From IMG/VR virus record IMGVR_UViG_3300045580_000382: 21,201 nt of DNA; one strand, written 5' to 3'. The notes beneath the pieces were generated by a model, which saw nothing but the letters and a program-made list of their open reading frames with translations, did no database searches and was not told where the DNA came from. Positions 7,337-16,155 of this stretch are shown piece after piece. Each line of letters begins with the position of its first letter. The first letter of the stretch is position 1. The position numbers were made by a program, and so were the translations under genes. The DNA comes from an uncultured virus (IMG/VR IMGVR_UViG_3300045580_000382). Its lineage: Duplodnaviria; Heunggongvirae; Uroviricota; Caudoviricetes.

Positions 7337-7990
7337 CTAGATAACCCAGTCGTTAGTGCCGCCTAAGGCTTCAGCAATCGTTGGGAACTGCCCACAAAAG
7401 ATCTGCTTGGCATCCTTAGCGATCTGCATGTGCTCCATCTGGGTGCCATGCTTTTCACGTAGGGCAATGTAGGTAATCCAGGAACGGAGTGAACCGTTCA
7501 TGTAAATACGGGTTGGAGATGCGAGAGGAAGAATGCTACGTGCACATTCCTTAGCTACACCACTGCTGACCATCTCTTGGTAGAGATGCTCAGCTTCTTC
7601 AAAGAGTGTACTGATGCGCCTGTAGTACTTGCCAGTCAGCTCAGCATCGAGATCATCGATGGAGTTCTGCCTGTTCTTTGTATCCTGGCGGCGCAGATGC
7701 GGCACATAGGTTGAACCTAATAGATTGATATCTGCGTAGCGCTGACTGAATTCCTGGAAGGAAAAAGAACGGTGGCGAATAATCTGCGCAGAGATCGCAC
7801 GTGTTGTGTGGATCTCTAGGCACATGTTCGCCATTTCAAATGGAGACCAGTGAGCGTGTTTGATCAGATACTGAAGCAACTTAGGAGCAGTCTCCATGTT
7901 GTTCTCATTGGCTGGCGCCGAAACGCGAGCCATCTTTGTGATCAATGCTTCAGCATCTGGCGTTGACCAAACCAGTTCAACAATGCTCAT
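7337..7990 (-). CDS. thyX: FAD-dependent thymidylate synthase
   Basis: HWSPFE, QIIRHRSFSFQEFSQRY (RHRx7SxR motif), GVAKECARSILP, LREKHGTQMEH. Confidence 0.97.
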   Translation of the reverse strand: MSIVELVWSTPDAEALITKMARVSAPANENNMETAPKLLQYLIKHAHWSPFEMANMCLEIHTTRAISAQIIRHRSFSFQEFSQRYADINLLGSTYVPHLRRQDTKNRQNSIDDLDAELTGKYYRRISTLFEEAEHLYQEMVSSGVAKECARSILPLASPTRIYMNGSLRSWITYIALREKHGTQMEHMQIAKDAKQIFCGQFPTIAEALGGTNDWVI

Positions 7991-8169
7991 TGTTCTGTTA
8001 GTTGATTGTCAACCAGCATACAAGAAAGACAGGAAACTAAATGTTCAATGTCTTTCTTTTTTAAGAAATCAAATGTAACAACAAGAGATCCACTGCAGAT
8101 CGAGAATGAATACTCATCTGCTAGTACATCAAAAAATCCTGTTGCTTGGATCGGAGGTTCCATTAACAC
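7987..8169 (-). CDS. Hypothetical protein
   Basis: 60-aa ORF with an ATGA overlap onto the thyX start. Confidence 0.55.
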   Translation of the reverse strand: MLMEPPIQATGFFDVLADEYSFSICSGSLVVTFDFLKKKDIEHLVSCLSCMLVDNQLTEQ

Positions 8170-8420
8170 TCCTCGTGTTCAAACACAAGACGCTGACTGG
8201 CATGATCACTGGGACGGACTGCTCCATCCCAAAGAACTTGTACCCATTTACGCTTGTAACCTTTGCCATCTTCTTTAATGAAGACTGCTTTAACTTCTCC
8301 TAGCCTGGAGGGAAAGACAACATGAGGTTTGCTGTTGGGTGATAGTGGACCACCCATTCCTTTCTTGTTGTACTTAACCCGATCACCGGGTTTGAACTCA
8401 CGCCGTGCTTTACCGCTCAT
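8163..8420 (-). CDS. Small SH3/KOW-like barrel protein (paralog of 8982-9308)
   Basis: FKPGDRV...RLGEV...VQVLWDG...HASQRL. Confidence 0.65.
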   Translation of the reverse strand: MSGKARREFKPGDRVKYNKKGMGGPLSPNSKPHVVFPSRLGEVKAVFIKEDGKGYKRKWVQVLWDGAVRPSDHASQRLVFEHEEC

Positions 8421-8446
8421 AATTTAAGGATAATAAGTGGGTCTGA

Positions 8447-8632
8447 CTACTGGGCTTCAAGTTCGGCAGCAATGGACTTGAGATGCTCTTCGCAGCACAT
8501 GCCGTCCCAGTCAGAAAAGAACTGATCTGCAGCAACACGCAAAACAGCAGCGGCGGTCACTGCATCATCAATGTCAGCATCGCGGTAAGCATTAAGTACC
8601 GCTTGTGCAGCTGGTGAAAGTTGTTTTTTCAT
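8447..8632 (-). CDS. Cyanophage-type hypothetical protein (LSPAAQAVLNA...AAAVLRVAAD...IAAELE)
   Basis: Motif pattern recalled from cyanophage early genes; coupled to the upstream stop. Confidence 0.7.
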   Translation of the reverse strand: MKKQLSPAAQAVLNAYRDADIDDAVTAAAVLRVAADQFFSDWDGMCCEEHLKSIAAELEAQ

Positions 8633-8985
8633 TAGTCAGGAAGGCATTCAATGGCATTAAGGATAATGTCATATTGTTTCTTATCAATTCCAGATTCCAC
8701 CAGAACATCTAAAGCCTGGAGTGCCTGTTCCTTCAGGGTTAAACCATCGGGACGACGGAACTCATAAAGCTTTTCAGCTGCTTCTTCTGAGTCTTCGTAC
8801 TCATTGGTTTCAACCCATTCGCAGCAAGCATCGAGTTCCTGATCAGCACCCCAGCGTGCTGCTTGATAGATCAGGTTTGTTGTTTGAATATCTTCGTTAT
8901 CGTTCTGCCATTCCACAAGCCACTGCATGATGAGATCAGCAGGTGGTGTGATTGGATGACCAGTGTCACTCATGAGAAGGATCAA
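8632..8985 (-). CDS. Cyanophage-type hypothetical protein (HPITPP...AARWGADQELDACCEW...LKEQAL)
   Basis: Motif pattern recalled from cyanophage early genes. Confidence 0.75.
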   Translation of the reverse strand: MILLMSDTGHPITPPADLIMQWLVEWQNDNEDIQTTNLIYQAARWGADQELDACCEWVETNEYEDSEEAAEKLYEFRRPDGLTLKEQALQALDVLVESGIDKKQYDIILNAIECLPD

Positions 8986-9308
8986 TCGAGAAGGGCATAG
9001 TGATCCTCACGGATCTTGTCGTACTCAGACTCTAGGCAAATGCGCATCTGCGAATGCTGTGATGGAGTCTTCAGTCCATCCCAGAGCACGCTGACATAGC
9101 AGACCCTGGCGGTACGACCGTTACGAGAAGAAAGAACTTTAATGGTGTTATCAACGACAACACCGCGACGATGCGTGGCGTATTGCTTAACTTTTTCTCG
9201 CGCTTCTTGACGGATCGCAGAAAGCAGAGAAGCTTTAGGCCGCTCTGCTACGCGATCACCTGGTTGAAACCTAGGCTGGACAGGAGGCTGCTTCCGAGTC
9301 GCTGTCAT
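8982..9308 (-). CDS. Small SH3/KOW-like barrel protein (paralog of 8163-8420)
   Basis: FQPGDRV...RRGVV...VSVLWDG...HSQMRI. Confidence 0.7.
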   Translation of the reverse strand: MTATRKQPPVQPRFQPGDRVAERPKASLLSAIRQEAREKVKQYATHRRGVVVDNTIKVLSSRNGRTARVCYVSVLWDGLKTPSQHSQMRICLESEYDKIREDHYALLD

Positions 9309-9477
9309 CAGGTGCGTCGAGCTTGAGGTATTCGCGCATCATGGTAGCAAAATCTTCGTCAGTGAAATCTTTAATAAAGTTGTACTCAGGATGAGTCTCC
9401 TCGTCCCATTCAAAGGTAAAGATGCCGGTCTCATCTTCAAAGCTGACGGTGAGGCCGTCTTCACTGGAGATTTCCAT
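9271..9477 (-). CDS. Small, highly acidic protein
   Basis: 68 aa, about 21 D/E. Confidence 0.65.
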   Translation of the reverse strand: MEISSEDGLTVSFEDETGIFTFEWDEETHPEYNFIKDFTDEDFATMMREYLKLDAPDDSDSEAASCPA

Positions 9478-9546
9478 CGTAGTAAGGAATGTTGACTTAT
9501 CTTACTACTGATTAACAAGGAAAGCTAAGCAAGAAAAAAGCCCTCA

Positions 9547-9939
9547 TTAGGAGGGCATGGTGTTCTTAATCCAGGTGCGAACTGTTGTTTCACCCATATC
9601 AAGTTGTTTAGCAATGGCCTTAAAAGTAAGGCCTTCTTTTCTGAGCTGATGACAGATTTGTAACTTGGTCTCGTAAGGTGAATCCTTAAGATAGCTAGTG
9701 ACTGTTGATTGATCTACATCAGTAAAGAGTGGATGCTCTTTAACTTGCTCTTTGATCTTGCGAATACGTGGTGCCTTAGGAGGATGAATATCTAAGACAC
9801 CAGTGATGCGGATGGACCTGGCGCCAGGATGACTAGCAAGTGCTTTGTCCTGTGCATCCAGTCCATCCTTTGCCCTGATCTTAGAAGCAACAGGCTTACC
9901 GTCTCCGTACTGGATGAGGATGCTGTAAGTCTTCTCCAT
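9547..9939 (-). CDS. Protein with a C-terminal helix-turn-helix
   Basis: LRKEGLTFKAIAKQLDMGETTVRTWIK. Confidence 0.8.
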   Translation of the reverse strand: MEKTYSILIQYGDGKPVASKIRAKDGLDAQDKALASHPGARSIRITGVLDIHPPKAPRIRKIKEQVKEHPLFTDVDQSTVTSYLKDSPYETKLQICHQLRKEGLTFKAIAKQLDMGETTVRTWIKNTMPS

Positions 9940-10352
9940 CAGATACGAACGTGCTTCCAGCTAACGTTGTCAACGACGTTCTTCACTGTAGCGGGATGAA
10001 CGTTGTATGCCTTGGCGAGTTCAGCAAGCAAGGCCATCTTGGTAGAGAAGCTCTTGACAAATTTAGAGTCGCTCATCATGAGACGGATCTCACGAACGGA
10101 TTGTTCGTTGAGCTTGGACATACCATTCAGCTCACCCATGCGCTTATCACCACCAGCGCGAGAGATGCTCGGCATCTTGACCTGGGTGCTGTGCACCTGG
10201 GGCAGAACCTGATTTAAAGGAGCGGTGATACGGATACGCTCTTCACCACGTTGTGCGGTGAGAATCAGTTGTCCGTCTTGCACATCGATGCTGGGTGCAT
10301 CGGCTTTGGAGAGTTCGAGGAGCTGAACGGGTTGGAAATTAAAAGGCGACAT
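9939..10352 (-). CDS. DNA-binding protein with the HTH module typical of HNH-endonuclease C-termini, no nuclease motif
   Basis: GELNGMSKLNEQSVREIR...LAKAYNVHPATVKNVVDNVSWKHV; start placed at ATG 10352, after a TTGCACAC leader. Confidence 0.7.
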   Translation of the reverse strand: MSPFNFQPVQLLELSKADAPSIDVQDGQLILTAQRGEERIRITAPLNQVLPQVHSTQVKMPSISRAGGDKRMGELNGMSKLNEQSVREIRLMMSDSKFVKSFSTKMALLAELAKAYNVHPATVKNVVDNVSWKHVRI

Positions 10353-10467
10353 GGTGCGTGTGCAATTGAGGTTGCGCCGTTTGCTTGCAAATACTAGCGG
10401 CGGCGATCTAGACTGGCAATGCACCTTCGGAATGGAATCCGGAAGGCTGTGTGTGCAAAGCAGAATT

Positions 10468-10498
10468 TGGACTGGGGTGGTGCCCGGTCCATTTTTTT
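10468..10498 (+). terminator. Rho-independent terminator-like hairpin plus T7 run
   Basis: TGGACTGGG..CCCGGTCCA followed by TTTTTTT; the G.U pair favours the plus strand. Confidence 0.55.
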
Positions 10499-10716
10499 AT
10501 CTAGGATGTAGTACACATGTATTTAGTTAGGTGTTATTTATATAGTTATTACTTTGTATATATTTAATATACTTACGTGGCGGTGGGCCGTTCTCCAAAG
10601 GGAATGTTTTTCTGATTTATCTGCAAAATAAAATGAAGCCGAACAGTAGTACTGCCGGCTTCTTCAAATAGATTTAATTGTTTATTAGATTATTTATGTT
10701 AGGTTAATGATTCGCT

Positions 10717-11268
10717 TCAGAGCCATTCAAAATCTTCTTCAAACCACTTAACAAATTCAGGGCTACCTTTTGCATAGCGCTTACCATCAACCATATACAT
10801 GATGTTAATGTCTTTCTCTTCAGACATTGTTAACAGCCATTGCAGATCTGTGCCTTTAATTACTGCACCACACTCTGCAATTTCAATATAGTCTTCCAGT
10901 TCACCGTTGTTCTTCCAACTGCGCCAGCTACCAATCAGCTTGGACTTGTTTGGTTTCATCCACTCTGGGAATAAACCGTCCATTAACCAGGCGCACTTGT
11001 ATGCACGGCATGGATCTTCTGGTCGCTGCTCATAAACGGTGCAGCCATTACAGCCAACGTAATGGCAGGGAGAACCATACGTTAACTCCTGGCCAAAGAC
11101 TTCTGCATAAAGCCAGCCATGGCAGCAGAGATTACAGTCACCACATTCACGTTGAACCTCAGGTTCTTCAATCTCTTCGATCTCCGCCTTCTCTTTCTCC
11201 TTGAGGGCGATAGCACTGTAGATCTGATTAAGATTCTTAAGATCCTGAGTGTTGAATAGTTTTTTCAT
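10717..11268 (-). CDS. YkgJ-like CxxCxxCC cysteine-cluster (Zn/Fe-chelating) protein
   Basis: RECGDCNLCC...PCHY...GCTVYEQRP..CRAYKCAWL. Confidence 0.85.
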   Translation of the reverse strand: MKKLFNTQDLKNLNQIYSAIALKEKEKAEIEEIEEPEVQRECGDCNLCCHGWLYAEVFGQELTYGSPCHYVGCNGCTVYEQRPEDPCRAYKCAWLMDGLFPEWMKPNKSKLIGSWRSWKNNGELEDYIEIAECGAVIKGTDLQWLLTMSEEKDINIMYMVDGKRYAKGSPEFVKWFEEDFEWL

Positions 11269-11297
11269 GTGGACTGTTCGTAAGCAGTTGATCTAGC

Positions 11298-11480
11298 TTA
11301 GCAGTCATTACGAGATAAATCTTTCTTGTATTCGTAAAGACCACGGAAGAAACAACCGGAGACGAATCTCTGGAAATCTGTTTCATCCCGAACAATACCG
11401 AGACCTTTGAGGGTCGTCAATAGACTGGCGATATCCAAGCGTTGGTCATCGCTAAGAAAAAGATAACCTCTGTCCGGCAT
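11298..11480 (-). CDS. Hypothetical protein
   Basis: 60-aa ORF in the gene run. Confidence 0.6.
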   Translation of the reverse strand: MPDRGYLFLSDDQRLDIASLLTTLKGLGIVRDETDFQRFVSGCFFRGLYEYKKDLSRNDC

Positions 11481-11544
11481 GTCAGTTGAGATTTATTGTT
11501 TATTGTAGCTTACCGGACAAATTGGCACATCAATGTTAGGAAGA

Positions 11545-11793
11545 TCACATCTCTTCAAAGTAAAGAAACTTCTTAATTTCTTTATCATTTGCAAGAAGTA
11601 ACTTCTCAATCGTCTTCAATTTCTTTTCAGCTGATAGAGCACGGTTGCTCCAGTAAGTAAGCTGTTGATTGGTTTCTGTTAGTTGTGATTCCAGAGCGTT
11701 TTGAAAGATTGCACTGGGGCTAATATCAAGACCAGATGTTTTCCACCTGGCGTGCATATCATCTGGAATACTGACTGATAGTACGACTGCCAT
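11545..11793 (-). CDS. Ribbon-helix-helix (CcdA-like) DNA-binding protein with coiled-coil tail
   Basis: VVLSVSIPDDMHARWK..LDISPSAIFQNALE has the beta-strand / helix / helix pattern. Confidence 0.65.
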   Translation of the reverse strand: MAVVLSVSIPDDMHARWKTSGLDISPSAIFQNALESQLTETNQQLTYWSNRALSAEKKLKTIEKLLLANDKEIKKFLYFEEM

Positions 11794-11855
11794 AAAAAAT
11801 CTGTGTTACCTCGATACAAGATAACACAGATTCTTATTGCTCTATTTAATTAAGG

Positions 11856-12065
11856 TCAGTGCTCAACCCAGTCAAGTACCTTGCTTCCTCCTGGCGACAC
11901 AGTTGATACCAAAGGAACAGGTTCTGCTACTGCAAGTTGATCATTGACAAGACGCATGGCATTGGAGAACTCAATGGCATCGTCAAGATTTGGGAAGGCA
12001 GGAGCAAATGTGCCTACGTCATGATGATGGATCATGACAAGGTAGGCAGTCACAGGGAGTTTCAT
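11856..12065 (-). CDS. Hypothetical protein (MKLPVTAYLV...)
   Basis: Likely start ATG 12065. Confidence 0.6.
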   Translation of the reverse strand: MKLPVTAYLVMIHHHDVGTFAPAFPNLDDAIEFSNAMRLVNDQLAVAEPVPLVSTVSPGGSKVLDWVEH

Positions 12066-12121
12066 GTGTTGAGGAAGGGTTCCCCCAAGGATCAGTGACG
12101 AGGATGATCCTTGGAGTGGAT

Positions 12122-12289
12122 TCAAACTAGCATGAATGGGCCGCTCTTGTACCAAAGAGTTGGATTCTCTTTGACAGCTTGATCAGCTTCTTCGTGATTG
12201 GTAATCTTGATGACTTCGCTTTTGCCGTCAGGACGTTGTGCAAGGATTGCCCATGCCAGTTTTCCTGTTGAGTTCATATTGGATTCCAT
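12122..12289 (-). CDS. Hypothetical protein (55 aa, MESNMNSTGKLAWAILAQRPDGK...)
   Basis: Manually translated; ACC-ATG context as in neighbouring genes. Confidence 0.6.
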   Translation of the reverse strand: MESNMNSTGKLAWAILAQRPDGKSEVIKITNHEEADQAVKENPTLWYKSGPFMLV

Positions 12290-12364
12290 GGTAGATATTT
12301 TCCATCCGGTAATTAATTATCGAGGGCACAAACCTGTCCAAGTACGGTGTTGTGTAGAGCTGAG

Positions 12365-12412
12365 AACCATTGCTACGACAGGGTTTGTAGGCAAACCAGC
12401 GTAGCAACGGTC
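12365..12412 (-). other. Long intergenic RNA hairpin (possible RNase III-type site)
   Basis: ACCGTTGCTACG..CGTAGCAATGGT (12 bp, G.U on the minus strand) enclosing GGTTTG/CAAACC. Confidence 0.5.
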
Positions 12413-12471
12413 CGATAAAAGAAGCTGAAGTTAACCTTAAGTTTTCCTTATCGTTTTATGAATAGGAAAGG

Positions 12472-12741
12472 TTAGATACCGTACGTGAAGTGGTGGCGTA
12501 ATGTCCTGAATAATTTAGGAATGCGCTCGACCAAGGTAGCGATTTGCCATGGCTTGACCACCCGCCAGCTCTTGAACTTATAAATCTTGTCAAGACTCAT
12601 GAGTACCAAGATGACTGAACAGCTGTCATAGATGATGCCAATGACCATCCGTACCTTGCGCCAGACAGTCCAGAACTGCTTGGTGCGAGCAAACTTGGCG
12701 TTACCTCGATAGAACTGATGTGCTTTAGTGCGGTACACCAT
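12472..12741 (-). CDS. Basic hypothetical protein
   Basis: TAATG coupling to the upstream gene. Confidence 0.65.
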   Translation of the reverse strand: MVYRTKAHQFYRGNAKFARTKQFWTVWRKVRMVIGIIYDSCSVILVLMSLDKIYKFKSWRVVKPWQIATLVERIPKLFRTLRHHFTYGI

Positions 12742-13133
12742 TAGCCCATCACCACAGTTTGAGAGACAGGAAGCAGAGAAACGGAACGTTGCCTGCTGAT
12801 CTTGTTTTGAATGGCAAGAACAATGTCCTGGATCTTGCTACGCAGAGAAGTAAGGATTGTTCTGCCGTATTTCCTGACGAGATAGGTCAGGATTAGTGCA
12901 GCACCAACGATGGCTGCAATCTTGAGGGCAACAGTTGATCCAGCAAGCAGTGCAATCATGTCATTGCATTGCTCTTGGCTTGCAGGAACCGTTGCTACGA
13001 CAGGGATTGGACCAACACCTGGCGCCATCTGAGGGATGGGAGGAATGGCCGGGAGTTGTCCTCTGGGTGTGACCAAACCATTGAGCAGACTGATCTGCCT
13101 GAGGTTTGTTAGGTATTCAGCTGGTGAGAACAT
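12741..13133 (-). CDS. Hypothetical membrane protein
   Basis: Hydrophobic segment ALKIAAIVGAALILTYLV followed by RK. Confidence 0.7.
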   Translation of the reverse strand: MFSPAEYLTNLRQISLLNGLVTPRGQLPAIPPIPQMAPGVGPIPVVATVPASQEQCNDMIALLAGSTVALKIAAIVGAALILTYLVRKYGRTILTSLRSKIQDIVLAIQNKISRQRSVSLLPVSQTVVMG

Positions 13134-13259
13134 TGGATTGTGTGCAAAAAAGAACCGTGATCCAACAGCTCAAAGCAGGAGGACCACGGCAGAAGTAGTT
13201 TAAGAGCACAGCCTGGTGAGAACTGTTTGTGCAATACACTTACATGATTCTTATGAGTC

Positions 13260-13556
13260 TCAGTCTGTATCTACAGCAGTGAGTTCAAGCCGGTCCATCA
13301 GGTCAGCTTGAGGCTGCGTGTCCTTGGGATCGATCCTGGCGATGATGTTATCCATGAGGTCAAGAGCAAGGTCGAGACCCATTTCTTGTTCGCCATGAAT
13401 ACTATCAATAAAGAGAGGATCCTCAAGCAGGTTCGTAAGTGTGCTTTTGACATTAAGGAGTACTTCAATGAATTCTAGTTGCTTCTGGTCGGCTGGTGAT
13501 TGACGGATCTTCATGGCGTTCACGTAAGCGGTGTATAGATTCATTGCAGTGTACAC
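13260..13556 (-). CDS. Hypothetical protein
   Basis: 98-aa ORF; start uncertain. Confidence 0.65.
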   Translation of the reverse strand: MYTAMNLYTAYVNAMKIRQSPADQKQLEFIEVLLNVKSTLTNLLEDPLFIDSIHGEQEMGLDLALDLMDNIIARIDPKDTQPQADLMDRLELTAVDTD

Positions 13557-13560
13557 CTAA

Positions 13561-13884
13561 TCAGTTTTGATTGTCTGGTTTGTACCAGGGTGCAGTGATC
13601 TGTAATGTACCGCCAAGAAGTTCCTGTGCTTTAGATCCATCAGGTTTGTGTTCCCTGATGATCGGTGTTACGTATTTCTTATCGTGTTCAATTTGCATCT
13701 CCTGTTGGAGCTTTTCAATTTGCTTATCGACTTTAGTCATGGTTCGTTCTGTTTTCCATGCTACCCAGTCCGGGAAGCAGTGAGCACGGATCGCTTTGAT
13801 CAGTGGATTCATTTCCAATGATCTCTTGTAGTCGATAAGGATGTTAGTTATTTCATAGAGAGATGCATTCCAAATGTTGTACAT
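13561..13884 (-). CDS. Hypothetical protein
   Basis: 107-aa ORF; start may be internal (MNPLIK). Confidence 0.65.
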   Translation of the reverse strand: MYNIWNASLYEITNILIDYKRSLEMNPLIKAIRAHCFPDWVAWKTERTMTKVDKQIEKLQQEMQIEHDKKYVTPIIREHKPDGSKAQELLGGTLQITAPWYKPDNQN

Positions 13885-13902
13885 GATTGAAGTAAACCAT
13901 AG

Positions 13903-14247
13903 TTACTTCCAGTCTGTAGCATCTCCTTCTATTTCACGTTTGTATTGTTCTAACTGTTCCATAATTTTCTGTTCTTGAATATCACCCTCTTCGATGTTAG
14001 ACATCATGAAGCGGTTGCCATTCTCATCAATAAAGCCACCAACAAAACCAGCACCTACACGGTCAGCTGCCTCCTTCATCCTGGCGACAAGTTGCATTGC
14101 AGCAAGTTGACGCATGGAAGGAGCAGATGTTTTGGTGAGGTCCTTGCTGCCATCGTTTGCGTCCCAATCGATGTTGTTCATAGCTTTGGCAATGAGTTGT
14201 TTGTTGGAGTTACGGTGAATAAAGAACTTAGGAACAGTGCTCATCAA
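13903..14247 (-). CDS. Hypothetical protein
   Basis: 114-aa ORF overlapping the upstream stop. Confidence 0.7.
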   Translation of the reverse strand: MMSTVPKFFIHRNSNKQLIAKAMNNIDWDANDGSKDLTKTSAPSMRQLAAMQLVARMKEAADRVGAGFVGGFIDENGNRFMMSNIEEGDIQEQKIMEQLEQYKREIEGDATDWK

Positions 14248-14576
14248 TCATCCCAGTTATCACAGGTATCGTGTTCACTCACAACAAACTGGAGACGCAT
14301 GTCACCTGTTTTGAAACGCTGGGCATGGAAACCACCAGTGGCCCAGTAGCGTTCCTTCTGTGTACCTGCTTGATAGAGAAGATGACGAGCAGTTTCTTTC
14401 ATGCGTTCAATAGTAGGAACGCGGGAGGTTTGATCTAGTTCGTCATCAATGTGTTGCCATTTCCAATCAAGTGCAACCATTGCGCGTTGCACTTTATCAA
14501 AGTCAAAGTGATCGATGATGTACTTAACTTTGAGAGCAAGATCTTCGATGGAAAGAAGTTCTTTCTTCTTAGGCAT
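14244..14576 (-). CDS. Conserved phage hypothetical protein (FDFDKVQRAMVALDWKW...ATGGF)
   Basis: Motif pattern recalled from many phage genomes. Confidence 0.75.
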   Translation of the reverse strand: MPKKKELLSIEDLALKVKYIIDHFDFDKVQRAMVALDWKWQHIDDELDQTSRVPTIERMKETARHLLYQAGTQKERYWATGGFHAQRFKTGDMRLQFVVSEHDTCDNWDD

Positions 14577-14578
14577 GG

Positions 14579-15370
14579 TTAAGAAGCAACAGTAAGTTTA
14601 GTGACGTTGAAGTGACGGATCCACTCCACTAATTTGATCGTGTCTTCCTTATTCTCTAGGCCGATACAGCCTGAGGTACCTGATTCGCCGTTACTCTTGC
14701 CCCAGCTGGGGTCTTGATGGAATCCAAGAGCACTACGACCTGTGGAGAAGAGTGGCATGATCGGTACCCAGAAGCCTTGTCCGAGTTCTGGATCACTGAA
14801 CGGACCCCGAGCAATACCGTAACGGTCAATGCTATATACACCACGGGGGAGAGGAGCTTTGGTACCGGCAACATGACGATCACTAGTTTGACGATAGGAA
14901 CGGCCTGTTAAGGCAGGTAACGTTTCAAGAACTGTTCCTTTGCTATCGACAAGTTGCAGTTGCCACAGCGGATCCTTGGTAGTCTTGACCTGTTCTTTTG
15001 TCCTGGTGAGAACCAGAGATGCAGATGGACGGGATGCTGGCTGTGGAAGCAAGTTCTTCCAAGACCAACCTTGTTTCATACGGATCTGTGGACGAGCTGA
15101 TCCAGGCTCATCAATGGTTCCTGGACCTGCATCAGCGTCCGCAGGAAGGATTGCAGGAGGAGGTTCAACAGGTAATGACTGTGTGGCATTGGCCTCCCCT
15201 GGAGCAACCTGTTGAAGAGGTTGAGTAGGGTCAGGCTGGTTCGCCATCAGGTCATAGACCGTCGGATGTCCTGCTGGATGATGTGCAAGCAGGACCTTGG
15301 ACAGGCTGTACTGACCGACTGCTGTGAGAGAACCAGCCGCTAAAGCGAGAAGGATCATTTGCTTATTCAT
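14579..15370 (-). CDS. Secreted or membrane-anchored L,D-transpeptidase-fold (YkuD/Tlde1-like) protein
   Basis: Signal-like N-terminus MNKQMILLALAAGSL, Pro-rich linker, PLPRGVY, catalytic H-x..SGC motif in GFHQDPSWGKSNGESGTSGCIGL. Confidence 0.85.
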   Translation of the reverse strand: MNKQMILLALAAGSLTAVGQYSLSKVLLAHHPAGHPTVYDLMANQPDPTQPLQQVAPGEANATQSLPVEPPPAILPADADAGPGTIDEPGSARPQIRMKQGWSWKNLLPQPASRPSASLVLTRTKEQVKTTKDPLWQLQLVDSKGTVLETLPALTGRSYRQTSDRHVAGTKAPLPRGVYSIDRYGIARGPFSDPELGQGFWVPIMPLFSTGRSALGFHQDPSWGKSNGESGTSGCIGLENKEDTIKLVEWIRHFNVTKLTVAS

Positions 15371-15406
15371 GGAGTGCAAAGCAAGGAACTGAGTGGTCAG
15401 TTCGGG

Positions 15407-15802
15407 TTACATGTTACCTGGACCACTTGAGTAGATGCCTCCACCTGTGTAAAAAGGAGGCGAATCAAAGTTGCCAGGTCCGCTACTGCGTGGAGCAGGC
15501 GGTGCAACAGGGACAGGAGCAGGTGATGGAGCGCTTTCTTGTGGGACAGGAAAGTTTTGAGTAGCAGCTTGAGGAGCTGGGGTTTGTGTTTCAGCAGGAG
15601 CTGCATTGGTTTGAGGTTGAGGATTAAGTGTTGACTTGTACTGTTGCGTTGCTTCTTCTATTGGTTGTTCAAGTTTGCCTGGAGGATCAGGACTGCGCCC
15701 TGGTATCAGAGCGGAAACAATGGAAGAGATGAGAGAAACAGCAACAGCAGCAACAACAAAGGCGCCAAGACCGGCGCCAACAAGAAGGAGTTTCTTAAGC
15801 AT
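15407..15802 (-). CDS. Membrane-anchored Pro/Gln-rich protein
   Basis: MLKKLLLVGAGLGAFVVAAVAVSLI, then a P/Q/A-rich tail with SSGPGN twice; start placed at ATG 15802. Confidence 0.75.
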   Translation of the reverse strand: MLKKLLLVGAGLGAFVVAAVAVSLISSIVSALIPGRSPDPPGKLEQPIEEATQQYKSTLNPQPQTNAAPAETQTPAPQAATQNFPVPQESAPSPAPVPVAPPAPRSSGPGNFDSPPFYTGGGIYSSGPGNM

Positions 15803-15804
15803 GA

Positions 15805-16083
15805 TTACCTGCACAAGTAATCGGAACGCATCCAACCAACGAGGCCATTGTATTCAACGCGATACCACTTGAGGCGGTCGCTGCCCCATACCCAATTCAG
15901 TGCACGGATGTATTCACTGTTGGGGATGGAAGCAATGATGTAGTTGTTCTTGCTTGGACCGTTGCGTAGGTTGACACTGGAGTGAGGGTCAACTGTGCAG
16001 GTCATGGCCCACTGTGCTTGGGCGGGCAAGGAACCAAGCAGAAGGATGCTGGCGGTAAACAGTGAAGTGAGGAACGGTTTCAT
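15805..16083 (-). CDS. Secreted bacterial SH3 (SH3b) domain protein
   Basis: Signal peptide ending PAQA; VNLRNGPS...WYRVEYNGLVGWMRSDYLC. Confidence 0.9.
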   Translation of the reverse strand: MKPFLTSLFTASILLLGSLPAQAQWAMTCTVDPHSSVNLRNGPSKNNYIIASIPNSEYIRALNWVWGSDRLKWYRVEYNGLVGWMRSDYLCR

Positions 16084-16155
16084 GGTTGAATAAAGAAGAA
16101 GGGCACTAGTAGAGATGTACTAATGCCCTGTGTTGTTTAGATATTGTAAGCCTAA

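Noticed and set aside
11545..11793. CcdAB toxin-antitoxin pair
   Set aside because: Only an RHH-like fold is supported; neighbours show no CcdB similarity
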